Assembly (NCBI RefSeq): GCF_006345805.1
Contig: NC_042999.1
Location: 55,242,001 to 55,306,000 of the forward strand
Direction of reading: 5' to 3'
Source: Octopus sinensis
Taxonomy: Eukaryota
Length of the DNA: 64,000 nucleotides
Below the pieces are notes generated by a model that searched no databases, was not told the DNA's origin, and worked only from the letters and a program-made list of their open reading frames with translations. Shown here one piece after another: positions 24,611 through 37,708 of this stretch. The position numbers were made by a program, and so were the translations under genes. How positions within the stretch are numbered: position 1 is the first letter of the stretch; the number at the start of each line of letters is the position of its first letter.

Positions 24611-25001
24611 GGGGAGAGAGAGAGACAGAGAGATGGAGAAACAGACAGATAATTGATAATTTTTGTTTTATCAACGGCTCCTGTAATTCTTCCAACGTTC
24701 CGTATTCTTTGCTAATAGTCCTACAGGTGTTGTATTTGTTGTCGTCACTGTCACCTGTTATTTAGTTAGTTGTCGACTCTCCTCCAGGTAGTAGATAGGT
24801 AGATAGATAGATACCTGTCCATGTCACTCAGGCAAGCAGCTCAACCGCACAACGTCTTCTGTCGGCCAGTCCCTGCGTTATATAGCGCTCATTCCGGGCT
24901 AAGCTACACGTGTGTAAAGGAAGGTTTCAGAGATGCGCTCTTGCAACACTTCCAGGAGTGTAGTGTGTGTGTGTGTGTGTGTGTGTTGTGTGTAAAAACC
25001 C

Positions 25002-25043
<42 letters not shown>

Positions 25044-25372
25044 CTCTCTCTCTTCTCTCTCTCTCTCTCTCTCTCTTACTCTCTCTTCTCTCTCTTCTCT
25101 CTCTCTCCTCTCTCTCTCTCTCTCCCTCTATTTCTCATATATAACACACACGCACTATGTTCGCTGTGTTGTAGATACACGTTTACGCACACGCGCGCGC
25201 ACACACGCACACGCACACACCACACACACAACACACACACACATATGTAATGGGTTATAAGTGCTAGTAAATATTTATGCGTATATATATATATATATAT
25301 ATTATATATACATATATATATATACACATACATATATACATGTGTGTGTGTGCGTACGTGTATATGTATATG

Positions 25373-25420
<48 letters not shown>
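23140..25420. repeat. Dense mixed microsatellite zone ((TGG)n, (GAA)n, (AAT)n, (GAT)n, (TG)n, (CT)n) upstream of the CYP exon
   Basis: Directly visible arrays. Confidence 0.9.
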
Positions 25421-25422
<2 letters not shown>

Positions 25423-26353
25423 GAATGAAAGCTCGCTATCAGATAAATAATGATATATTCTTTTATTCTTTTATTTGTTTCAGTCATTTGACTGCGGCCA
25501 TGCTGGAGCACCGCCTTTAGTTGAACAAATCGATCCCAGGACTTATTCTCTGCAAGCCTAGTACTCATTCTGTCGGTCTGTTTTGCCGAACCGCTAAGTC
25601 ACGGGGACATAAACACAGCATCATCGGTTGTTTGGGGAGGGGGAACAAATACAGACACACAAACATATACGTATACATATATACACACATATATATATAT
25701 ATATACATATACGACGAGCTTCTTTCAGTTTCCGTCTACCAAATCCACTCACAAGGCTTTGGTTGGCCCAAGGCTATAGTAGAAGACACTTGCCCACAGT
25801 GGGACTGAACCCGGAACCATGCGGTTGGTAAGCAATATATATACATACATATATGTATGTACGTATGTATGTATGTGTGTATGTATGTATGTATGTATGT
25901 ATGTATGTTGATGTGTTTTGTGGTTCTATGTACGTATCGGTTTACGCATGTGCGCTCTTATATACGTGTGGATAGACGTAAGCAAGCATGTGCGTGTGTG
26001 TGTACGTATGTGTGTGTGTATGTATATATGTCTCTGTCATCACCTTATATCGCTAAAAAAAAAAACGTCTTAGGAGAGCATGAATGGGAAAATAAGTTCT
26101 GCCAGTTTCCTCGAGTGGGGATTTTACTCTGAGTGTTCGTAATTACTCGTTGAGTACTAGAGTTTGTTTGTAGTAAAATGCGCGTTGGTGCACACATACT
26201 ATACGTGCAACTATACACGTGCCTGTACGCATGCATGTATGTATGTATTGTATATATATGTGTGTGTATATATGTACGAATGTGTGTGAGTGTTTGTATG
26301 CGTCGATGCATAAATATATGTATGTATGTATGGAAACTGAATGAAGCCCGTCG

Positions 26354-26398
<45 letters not shown>

Positions 26399-26637
26399 GT
26401 GTGTGTATTTATGTGTGTGTGCATCTGTGTTTGTCCCTCCACCATCGCTTGACAACCGATGCTGGTGTATTTACGTCGCCGTAACTTGGCGGTTCGGCAA
26501 GATTCACCGATAGAATAAGTACCAGGCTTACAAAGAATAAGTACTTGGGTAGCTTTGCTGGACTAAAGGCGATGCTCCAGCATGGCCGCAGTCAAATGAC
26601 TGCAACAGATAAAAGAAAACGAAAAAGAATATATATA

Positions 26638-26691
<54 letters not shown>

Positions 26692-27539
26692 ATATATCCA
26701 TATAATATATCCATGTATGTATATTGTTACTCGTTTATTTGTTCTTTACTTGTTTCATCCATTTGACTGCGGCCATGCTGGAGCACCGCCTTTAGTCGAA
26801 CAAATCAACCCCAGTACTTATCCTTTGTAAGCCTGGAACTTATTCTATGGGTCTCTTTTGCCGGACCGCCAAGTTACGGGGACGTAAACACACCAACATC
26901 GGTTGTCAAGCAATGGTGGAGGGAGAAGTACAAACACACAAATGCACACACGCGCGCGCGCAGGCGATGGGCTTCTTCCTGTTTCCTTGTACCAAATCCA
27001 TTCACAAGGCCTTGGTCGGTCGGGTCGATGCTATAGTAGAAGGCGACTGCCCAAGGTGCCACGCAGTGGGACTGAACCCGGAACCGTGAGTTTGTGAAGC
27101 ATACATAGATGCATACACACATACGCATATATATATATACACACACTGCTATCGTTTCGGTTTAGGAAGTTGTAATCAGAAGGCTGGCTCTAACGATTGC
27201 GAATGATTGTTTTGTCCCTTTATGTTTTAATTGATTTTTGTCAGCCCTTGTGGCCAATAAACGAACGAATTATTATTATTATTATTATTAAGGCGGCGAG
27301 CTGGCAGAAACGTTAGCACGCCGGGCGAAATGCTGAGCAGTATTTCGTCTCTCTTTATGTTCTGAGTTCAAATTCCACCGAGGTCGACCTTGCCTTTCAT
27401 TGTTTAGGGGTCGACAAATTAAGTACCAGTTGCGTACTGGTGTCGATCTAATCGACTGGCCCCCAGAATGTTGGGCCTTGTGCCTAGAGTAGAAAAGATT
27501 ATTATTATTTTATTTTAGTTTTGTTTAATCAAAAGACAA

Positions 27540-27691
27540 TTCCCTGTTCGAAGTTGATTGTGGGGTGAGGGATGGACAGAGGAAGAAAAATGAGATAGGA
27601 AGAGGAGGAAAGAAAGATAGGTGAGAGAGGGAGAGAGAGAGAGAGAGGGGAGAGAGAGAGAGAGAGAGGGGAGAGAGAGAGAGAGAAGAGG

Positions 27692-27745
<54 letters not shown>

Positions 27746-28592
27746 TGTTTATGTGAGGGAATGAGTTTATAAAGAAGTTAGAAGAAAACGAGCGGAATGA
27801 AAAGAAGAAGAGCAAGGAGAAGCGAATGAAAAACAAAGAGAATGAAAGAAGTTAGAAGAACAAGGAGGGAGAGGAGGAGGAGGAGGAGGAGAAAGATGAA
27901 AGAAAAACAAGAATGAAAATGAGGAAAGCGAAGAAGAAATAGTAGAAGAAATAGCGAAAGAAGAAAAAAAAGTTGTTGAAGAAGCTAAGAAAATGCTTTC
28001 TCGTAATTCTTGTCGAAATAGTGGGTAGTTTGGAATGAATGAATGAAAGAAAGAGAGGAAAGAGAAAAGAAAGAAAAGAAAACAGTTGCCGAGATGAAGA
28101 AGACAACAACTGTTCCTGCTGCTGCTGCTGCTACTACTACTATCACCATTACCAGCAGCAGTAATAGTTGTAGTAGTAGTAGTAGTAGTAGTAGTTGTAG
28201 TAGTAGTAGTAATAGTAATAGTAATAGTTGTAGTAGTAGTAGTAGTAGTAGCTACTACAAATACTATGAGAAAAATACAGTTCAGAAGTTTATTGTATGG
28301 AGGCGGGTGGGGGATAAAGAGAGAAAGAGTGAGAGAGAGAGAGGTTAGAGGTGAGAGGAAGAATGTCGGAGAGGATAGCGGGGAGAGGAGGAACTTTAAA
28401 GAGAGAAAGAGAGAAAGACAGAGAGAGAGAGAAGGAGAGAGAGTGGTGCGATTAGCGAGTGGTAGGCGGATTTGGTAGCTGTAACTTACGTATGTAGAAG
28501 ATAAACGCACACACGCAACACACACACACACACACACACGCACTCATATATCTCCTCTCTCTCTCTATGTATATATGTATGTGTGTGTATAT

Positions 28593-28629
<37 letters not shown>

Positions 28630-28661
28630 CATACACACATACATACACATATATGCTTACG

Positions 28662-28693
<32 letters not shown>

Positions 28694-28707
28694 TTATACA
28701 CGTATAT

Positions 28708-28738
<31 letters not shown>

Positions 28739-29613
28739 AACATAACCATTTATATTACAAATGCATATACAAAGAGAGAGAGAGAGAGGAGTGAGGGAGA
28801 GAACGGGTGCCAATGAAAAGCGGGAGAGAGGGGTGGTGATGGCTGATACACAGAAGAAGATGCGGGGTGAAGGAAGAGGTGGTGGTGGAGGTGGAGGAGG
28901 AGGAGGAGGAGGCGGAGCGGCAAAGATGACGAACGCACCTGAAGACACCATCACCATACCCTGTCGTCGTACGCACGCACGCACGTACGTACGGCTGTTG
29001 TTGTAGTGTGTAGTTGTAGCTGTCGTTGTTGTTGTTGTTGTCATTGTTGTTGTTATTGTTGCTGCTATTGTTGTGACTGAGGTCGGGTGGATGTCGGAGT
29101 TATTTTGGCGGGGTGGTGATTGTGTAGGCGATGGAGGCGTTGCCATCGGTTTTGGTCGCTTGGGCCGCCTACATACCCGTGCTGGCAAGTACAAAATACA
29201 ATAAACCGTGGAAGGGGATGGGGTGTATACACACACACACACACACTCACACGCGCACGCGCATACGCACACACACACACGCACACATGCATATTTTCAC
29301 ACATACATTTTTTTTTACGTAGATTGCATTTACACAAATTTACTATACAGCCACACAATTTTACTACACACACGATGTACATTCACCCGCATTGGAAACA
29401 CACACACACACACACACGCACGCACACGCGCACACACACACCACACACACGCACACACACATGCCTATATAGTCATATAAGTTACCTCCCGTTCGTACAC
29501 ACTTATACACATATGTACGCAAACACACAAACACACAAAACGTGAATTTCTGAATTTAAACACGTAAGCTATAAATGTACACACTAATACATACACACAA
29601 AAACACACACGCA

Positions 29614-29681
<68 letters not shown>

Positions 29682-29700
29682 ACATACACACATATATTTT
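27540..29700. repeat. Second dense microsatellite/low-complexity zone ((GA)n, (TAG)n, (TA)n, (GGA)n, (TTG)n, (CA)n)
   Basis: Directly visible arrays. Confidence 0.9.
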
Positions 29701-30468
29701 CTTTTATTCTCTTTCTTGAGTGCGGCCATGCTGGAGCACCGCCTTTAGTCGAACAACTCAACCCCAGGACTTATTCTTTGTAAGCCTAGTACTTATTCTA
29801 TCGTTTTCTTTTGCTGACCCGTTAAGTTATGGGGACGTAAACACACCAGCATCGGTTGTGAAGCGATGTTAGGGGGACAAATACAGACACACAAACATAT
29901 GCACACACATACATATATATACATATTTACGGCGGGCTTCTTTCAGTTTCCGTCTACCAAATCCTCTCACATGGCTTTGGTCGGCCCGCACTGGGAATGA
30001 ACCCGGAACCATGTGGTTCGTAAGCCACTCCTACGCCTATACTGTCCACACACGCACGCATACACACTTGCACGTATATATATATACAATCAATGGTAGA
30101 TATATACATAAATACATTCACACACACGTATTAACACTCACACATACACGCATACACATTCTCTCATATACGTACATATACATACTCGCATACACAAACA
30201 CTATAACTTGCTTCAAAGAAAATTTGAATGTTATAAAATAAGAATCCGTTCCATTAGAGGCAGGCGGCTTGGAATATGAGGGAAGGGGTGAAGTCTATTC
30301 CATCGATTCCCGGTACACAACTGGTACTTATTTCATCGAACCCTAAGGGACGAAAGGCAAAGTCAACCCCGGTTGAACTTGAACTTAGATCGTAAAAGCG
30401 GACGAAATGCCTCTAAGCATTATGTCCGGAGTACTAACGGTTTTGTCAGCTCGCCGCCTTAGTTATAA

Positions 30469-30533
<65 letters not shown>

Positions 30534-30703
30534 TGATGATGATGATGGTGACCCTTTCGACTAAAGGCACAAGGCCTGAAATTTTGGAGGAAGGAGCTAG
30601 TCGATTACATCGACCCCAGTGCGTAACTGGTACCTATTTCATCGACCCTGAAAGGATGAAAAGCAAAGTTGACAATAATAATAGTAATGAAAGAAGCCCG
30701 TCG

Positions 30704-30734
<31 letters not shown>

Positions 30735-30952
30735 GTGTTTGTGTGTCTGTGTTTGTCCCCTAGCATTGCTTGACAACCGATGCTCGTGTGTTTATGTCCC
30801 CGTCACTTAGCGGTTCGGCAAAAGAGACCGATAGAATGAGTACTGGGCTTACAAAGAATAAGACCCGGGGTCGAGTTGCTCGACTAAAAAGGCGGTGCTC
30901 CAGCATGGCCGCAGTCAAATGACTGAAACAAGTAAAAGAGTAAAGAGTAAGA

Positions 30953-31011
<59 letters not shown>

Positions 31012-31204
31012 TAATTTACGCACAAGGCCAGCAATTTTGAGGAGAAGTTCTTTGGTCAATACTACCGACTGTATTATAGCGGTAGTATTCTGTTTTGTCG
31101 GTCCCCGAAATGATGAAAGGCAATGTTGACATCGGCAGAATTTGAACTTACACCATAAAGAGTCAGAAGAAATGTGGCTAAGCATTTTGTTCGACGCGCT
31201 AACG

Positions 31205-34050
31205 ATTCTGTTAGCTCTGTCTACGCGGGCAGCGACGCATTTCCTAAGTGTCTTTTCTAAGCTTCTCAGTCCGCCTCTAATCTAGTTTTCTCTATCGCTA
31301 CATGTTTACTAAGTCTTACTGATGCTACTCTAATGGCCCTTTTCAGGGTGACCCACCATCTATTGTTGACGATTGTCCCTGTCGACACCCGCTTAGCTAA
31401 TTCACTAATCCAGTCTCTGTACTCTTGATGCGCCGAGAAAGACTTGTTTGGCTTCCAGTAGCCGAGATCCACCCTATGAAGCCTAGCTAAGTCGACCGCA
31501 CAGGTCTAAAATTTGCGGTCTTTGTTGCCGACCATTTGAAATTGTGAAGAACCTATACTGTCCCTGTCAATTGGTCTACAGAAAACTGTTTCTAGATACA
31601 ATCTGGATGACCCCGATGCGGTTAGCTCATGTCAACATTGGTTCATTCGGGAGAGCCAGTCGGTACTCGTGAGAAAGTTTAAAATGTCTGGGCAGATTTG
31701 CGAAACTTTCGCGACCCAAGCCAGCTCACGGAGCCCTTGCACGCATCCACGATACCGTTCACTAAAGGGCGGGATTTTCCTAGGAAGGCCTCCAGGCACC
31801 TGTTGGGGGCGCAGATGGCTACTCATCTGAAGGTATGGTCTTCACTGCTGGTGATATCCTGGAAGATGGTCTGTTTCGCGATCATTTTCAAAACAACACA
31901 GTAATTCAACTTACCATATTTAAAAGCCTTAGTATTGGGTATCCTTTGTAGCCACCAAAGATAGTTATAAAGGCTCGTGCCCCGGAAACTCTGGTTTCGT
32001 TGATGACTACCACATCTATATCTAATAATCTGAGGTCGTAGAGCAGGTGACCTTGCTTCCAAGGTTTCCCCAGTCCAAGTGCATTTAAATTACTTCTGAA
32101 TCAGAACATATTCGACAAGAAGGAGCATAGTGAGAAGCACCACATCCTTTATTCTTTCCAGTTAGTTGTGGGTGTTTAATTAGTGTGGAATCAGAAGTAG
32201 TTCTTTGAATATTATTTTGTTCATGTTCCTCAGAAATCTCTCATTCCCTCGGAATATCTTGTCTTTAATCTGTTGTATATTTATTGATTGGTTTTTAGAA
32301 TTTGAGTGTGAGTTAGCTTGTTACGTGATGGTGACATATAGTCATTGTATTTAATGTTTGTATGGTTATTTATATAATATATTCCGTTATTTCTTTATTG
32401 TTTGTCTCCATGATCGTGTAGTTGATGATGTCTATTTTGCTTGGTTTACCGATGCTGCTCTGGTTGTCGGTGTGAATGTGAATTTGCTTTTGGTTTTTTT
32501 TTTTTGGGTGTGGTGGTGAAAGTGGTGTCTCTGGTGATAATGATGGCGGTCACAGTGGAGTTGGCTTTGGAATTACTGAAGGACTTGTTACTTTTAGTTC
32601 TCTCTGACAGCTTGTAGTACGGGTGAATTATTTTCCATTCGCTTCTTATAGGGACAGTTCTTTACTCTTTTTCTTATCACCGTCATCGTATATCTCCGAG
32701 AGATCTGAAGTGTGTAACCAGTCATCGTATGATACCTCCGAGAGATCTGAAGTAGGTTACCTGTCATCGTATGATATCTCTGAGAGATCTGAAGTGGGTT
32801 ACCTGTCCTCTAGTGCTATGCTGGCGTTGGGACAGAGGGTTCTGTTGTTTATATTAATCCTGTTGTTCATGTTACAGTTTTGGTAGGGGTTGTTTGTTTT
32901 GGTGTAGCTGATGTTCTTCTCACTGATGTTGCTGCTGTTGTATATGGAACATCTGCTGCTGATGTTGATGTATATGTGACTGTTACTGCCCGCAGTTTGT
33001 GGCTGTGGGCACCGTATTTGAAACGTTGGCAAAAGTGAGGGTCTTGTTGCCTTCTGGTTTCACTACAGGTAGAAAGCCTTCAAGTGCGTCACAGCTCCAC
33101 ACATATTACATTTTGTCTTCCTCTCCTCCACTGTCATAAACAGAGATCAATCAGGTCAGGTATATCTTCGATATTTTCTAGCTTCGTTTGTAGAAACGGT
33201 TCTTCACCTATTACTGGCCAGTTTTGTTCTGATATCTTGTTAACCTCCTCCATTGTTGAATCCTTCTCCATAATGGCAAAAACAGCACCACCAACCAGGA
33301 GATGATTATTTCTAGCGGCACGTTTATAACTTTCACTTTTGCTAGGCGCTGGTCGCATAGATTGGGATTACGCAGAGCTCTTCATTCCTCAATGTTGTTA
33401 TAGAATGGAATTTTGTCTCTGCTTCTGTTTGGAAACTAATTTTTAATCTTTTCGCCGAACTAAGTGGGTCTTGTGATCCTACACAAGATACTTTTGTATT
33501 TGTATGTTCAAGATACTTTTGTATTTTTTAAAAATTTTATCTAGTTTCAGCTCACGAGCTGTGGCCATGCTGGGGCACCGCCATTTGGTGTTGCTACATA
33601 ATTTTACTTCACGAATGCTTTTTAGCAATTGACATTTGGTGCATGAGAGAGTTCGATGCAGCTGCCCTCATCTGCACCTCCTGCCGTGAAGTTGGTTCAT
33701 CTGGGACACCTGACAGGAAGAGATCCAGTTTTATTTTAAAGACATCTGCGTCCACCCCATGCAGGTCTCTCAGGTTCTTCGGGGCGAAATTGAAGAGCTG
33801 TGGGCCTCTGAGGCCCAGGCTATCACAGTATGTTCAAGATACTCTTGTATTTGGACCTTGTTTGCACTTTCCCCTCGACATATTTTTGCTCCAATGCAGC
33901 GGTTTATAAATGCACATCCTTATGTATTTTTTAACCAGGTCGGGTGTTTGGTTTAGGCTTATCTTTTGTCTATTTTCCTTCCCGATCGTCTCTGGCCAGT
34001 TTTAAATCATCTTGGTTTAAGTGGAAGTTCTGGGAACTTCTTGCTCCACT
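31205..34050 (-). mobile_element. 5' part of a degenerate Tx1/L1-like LINE (ORF1 plus the AP-endonuclease start of ORF2)
   Basis: ORF1 pieces read KVKVINVPLEIIISWL-like and IEDIPDLIDL, with a knuckle-like CNMCGAVTHLKAF. ORF2 from ~32110 reads NLNALGLGKPWKQGHLLYDLRLLDIDVVVINETR (APE motifs I/II), then VAICAPN, GYWKPNKSF and RWWVTLKRAIR. There are many stops and frameshifts. Confidence 0.8.
33527..33827 (-). mobile_element. 5'-truncated CR1-like LINE inserted in the Tx1-like ORF1, with a 25-bp target-site duplication
   Basis: Reads CDSLGLRGPQLFNFAPKNLRDLHGVDADVFKIKLDLFLSGVPDEPTSRQEVQMRAAASNSLMHQ*. Flanked by GTATGTTCAAGATACT(T/C)TTGTATTT at 33502-33526 and 33828-33852. Confidence 0.8.
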
Positions 34051-34215
34051 TGCAAAGGAAATAGGTGGGTGGATTGATAGACAGACAGACAGATATCTGG
34101 ATAAATAGAGAGACAGGCAGATAGATAGATGGATAGATAGAGTGTTGGACGGCTGCATGTATGCATATGTGTATATACACACGTATACGTATCTACCTAC
34201 CGATCTATCTATCTA

Positions 34216-34246
<31 letters not shown>

Positions 34247-34289
34247 GCCTGTCTGCCTGTCTGTCTGTCTGTCTGTCTGTCTAACAACT

Positions 34290-35061
34290 GCTGTCACGTG
34301 TGGGACGAGTCGGTTTATCAGCTGAGTCTATCGTCAATATTGTCACGCCTCGTTCCTTCAAACGGGAAGGAAGAGCTATTTTCATCATCCTTGTGGCTAT
34401 GGAGAAAGAATGTATCTGGTGGACGCGTCTGAAAGGATTGGAGACAAAAACTTTCCTCTCTGGTCAATCTCTCATCAACTTCTTCAAGTACCACTTGAAA
34501 AGGAAAGTGAGAGTAGAGAGGCAAGTTTTGTCTAGCGAATGTTTTAAAAAAAGATGGGTGAATGTAGCAAGGATGGCACGTATGAATGACGAAGCCACCT
34601 TGAGCATAATCCTATGAACCCAGAAATTGAAAACAGAGGGTTACCCACTTTCAAACAAATGTGGTAACATATAACAATATTGACCAAGGTTACCGTGGTC
34701 TTTTTCGTAGGCTTTTCTTCCCACGGATAAATCTTACTTGCTTTCCCCTTTACACCATACATCATAACACTGTGATACACGATCCCTATTGATCGTTTTT
34801 TTCCCTCTTCCCCTTTTTTCTTCTTTTTTTCATTTCTCTTTTCTTTTGTTCCTTTTCCTTTTTTTCTTTGTTTTCTTTTTTTTTCATTTTATTTTTTGTT
34901 CTTTTTTTTTCCTTTTACGATCCCTTTTGACCGAAAACCTACGTCACCTTTTCTTATTTTTTTAATTTCTTTTGTTTTTTGTTTTTTCATCCCCCAAAAG
35001 AAAAGCTCTACCTTGTAACTTGTCCCATCTGTGTGCAGCCCTGTGTGGCCAATAAAGAAAC

Positions 35062-35133
<72 letters not shown>

Positions 35134-35135
35134 CA
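34290..35135 (+). mobile_element. 3' end of a Tx1/L1-like LINE with (CTAT)n tail
   Basis: ORF 34300..34617 (KECIWWTRLKG...FFKYHLKRKVRVERQVLS) is homologous to 42600-42850(-). The 3' UTR ends CAGCCCTGTGTGGCCAATAAAGAAA followed by (CTAT)n. Confidence 0.8.
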
Positions 35136-35217
35136 TACATATGCATACATACATGCATACACACATGCACACATACATGCACACATACATACATACATAC
35201 ATACATACATACATACA

Positions 35218-35250
<33 letters not shown>

Positions 35251-35397
35251 TTCTCTTAGACTTTCCTCTGTCTCCCGTTTCTGCTCGAAACTTAAAACAA
35301 CTTTTCTTTCTTTCCCTGAGCGTCTGCTAATACTTTGCATGTACCACGTCCTCGCGTTGATGTTTTCTTATTCTTGTTCTCAGTATTTTTTGTGTTA

Positions 35398-35438
<41 letters not shown>

Positions 35439-35513
35439 AGAGAGAAAGAGAGGGAGAGAGAAAGAAAGAGAGGGAGATATCTATCTATATATCTATCTAT
35501 CTATCTATCTATC

Positions 35514-35557
<44 letters not shown>

Positions 35558-35559
35558 GA

Positions 35560-35607
<48 letters not shown>

Positions 35608-35611
35608 TAGC

Positions 35612-35693
<82 letters not shown>

Positions 35694-36359
35694 TAGATGC
35701 TGTGTGCTGATTTTCTCGGTGTGAAGTAAAGAAAAGTAATGAATGATGTTTACGCTAAAGAAACAGCTTTAAATGAGAGACAGATAAAAGGTTCAGAGAA
35801 GTAGAGAGAGATAGAGAGGGGGGAGAGAGAGGAAGAGAGGGGAGAGAAGAGAGAGAGGGGGAGGAGTGTAAGCATGAGTGGGAGTAGGCAGGTGGTAATT
35901 ATTAAAAAAAAAGAACGGTGAAAATGGGACAAGAGGAGGGAACAAACAAAAACGCGATGTGAAATGCTGTGATTTGGGATGAATGAGAGCGAGACGAGAT
36001 TTTGGGTGAAACAAGGTAAAACGGGGGTATAGCGATGTTTTGTTGTTATTGTGGTTTAACTAGAGATCAGTTCTAATGGAGCAGATCTATTATCAAAGGC
36101 GCTCCAAATACGACCCTCCGGTGATTTTGTGTATCAGGAACTACTTCGTTTGTTTGAGCTGTCCTTCTTTAATAAGAAAGCGGCTGTGATTTAGCTACTA
36201 TTTCTAGTAGATTCTGCGACCACGTATAAACTTCCACGTGGGTGAGATGTTTCAGTTTTTAATTTTATTTCTTTATTTCTTTATCATTCAGGGTTTCTTT
36301 CTCACTCTTTCACATACTCTTTCATTCTGTGTACACACACACACCCAAACACAGACACA

Positions 36360-36406
<47 letters not shown>

Positions 36407-36557
36407 CACACACTCGCACACACAACACACACACACAACACACATACACATATGCATATATTTATGTTCGTACATAGGTATAAATGTAAAATACATATGT
36501 ATATATGTATGTACGTATGTATACATGTGTATGTATATGTGTATGTATATATATATA

Positions 36558-36945
36558 TACTAGCAGTATCGCCCGGCGTTGCTCAGGTTTGTAAGGGAAA
36601 TAACTATAAAGCATTTTTAGAGAGTTATAGCCAAAAAATAGCAAAAAAATGGAAAAAAAATGATGGTAAATTTTTTTTGAGAGTTAAAAAAGGTGGAGTT
36701 GCGTATCCTAGACGGTCTGTGGTTTGGGTTTCTGATTCTCGACCCCATGTCGAATTTATCGATTTTTTTCAGAACTGGGGGAACTTTTCAAAATTTTCGC
36801 TGCGTTAGTTTTGAATTATGACATTGGGCTATGTGTGTGTCAAGTTTCATCAGAATCGGTTGAAAGCCGTGGTCAGAGTGAGGGTACGAGAAAACAGACA
36901 CACAGAAAACGCACAGACAAACTGCCGTTTATATAGAGAGAGATA
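36558..36945 (+). mobile_element. Helentron-associated (HINE/DINE-like) non-autonomous element
   Basis: Starts TACTAGCAGTATCGCCCGGCGTTGC within (TA)n. Ends GTGTCAAGTTTCATCAGAATCGG...ACAGACAAACTGCCGTTTATATAGAG. Confidence 0.6.
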
Positions 36946-36959
36946 TATATACACGCGTT

Positions 36960-37700
36960 TATCAGGAAGGTGAGGCAAAAGATGGTATAAGGGGAGGTTG
37001 CCATCGTCCGTAGAGGAAGAGCGGGTGAGCGGGGCATGAATACCTGGATGAAGAGCGAGCAGCTGATGGAGTGGACAGTCTACTGAAAAGACATGCGGGT
37101 GTGAAACTCACAAGGGACCAAGTGCTGAATTAAGGGAGTGTGACCTATGATGTCCTACCAACTCCATCTAACGTAGTTATATGGGGCTTAGTGAAAACCT
37201 CTGTGTGTCACCTGTGTTTAAAAACAGGGACTTTCGAACGCATCTTAAGCAGCTGCTCCTCGGCACTGAGTAAAGGACGAGAATCGAACTGATAACCTTA
37301 TGATCGTGAGCCGAATGCTCTAATCACTAAGCGGAGTTAACTGTACCCAGGTGAAAAAAAGGATGGAGAAAGCCCAAGAGAGTGAGAAAACCAGGAACCA
37401 GGTGCCGATGGAGGACTTCCGCAGGAATGGGTGGAGAACAACATGTCTGGTGGTGAAAGTTGGTAGCCGAGTGTTTACTACCATAGAACTCTGGGAAATT
37501 CAGGAGCGTACAATAGAATAATCGTCACGAACAAGGTAGAGGCTACTCATAAAAAGATGTGGTTGGTGGGGGTCAGAAGTATGCGACTTGGACACAGGTC
37601 TAGGATGGATGGACGTGGGTTGAATTGCCTGAACGAGGCTCGATGTTGTTAAGATCAGAAACATCCAACCACGCCAAGAAACAACAACGACTATGTCGCC
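36960..37700 (+). mobile_element. 3' remnant of a restriction-like-endonuclease LINE (HERO/R2 group)
   Basis: Reads YDVLPTPSNVVIWG..VCHLCLKTGTFERILSSC (CCHC region), ELTVP, and MEKAQESEK..RRNGWRTTCLVVKVGSRVF (cf. PVEVGxRGF). Internally deleted. Confidence 0.75.
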
Positions 37701-37708
37701 AAACGTTG

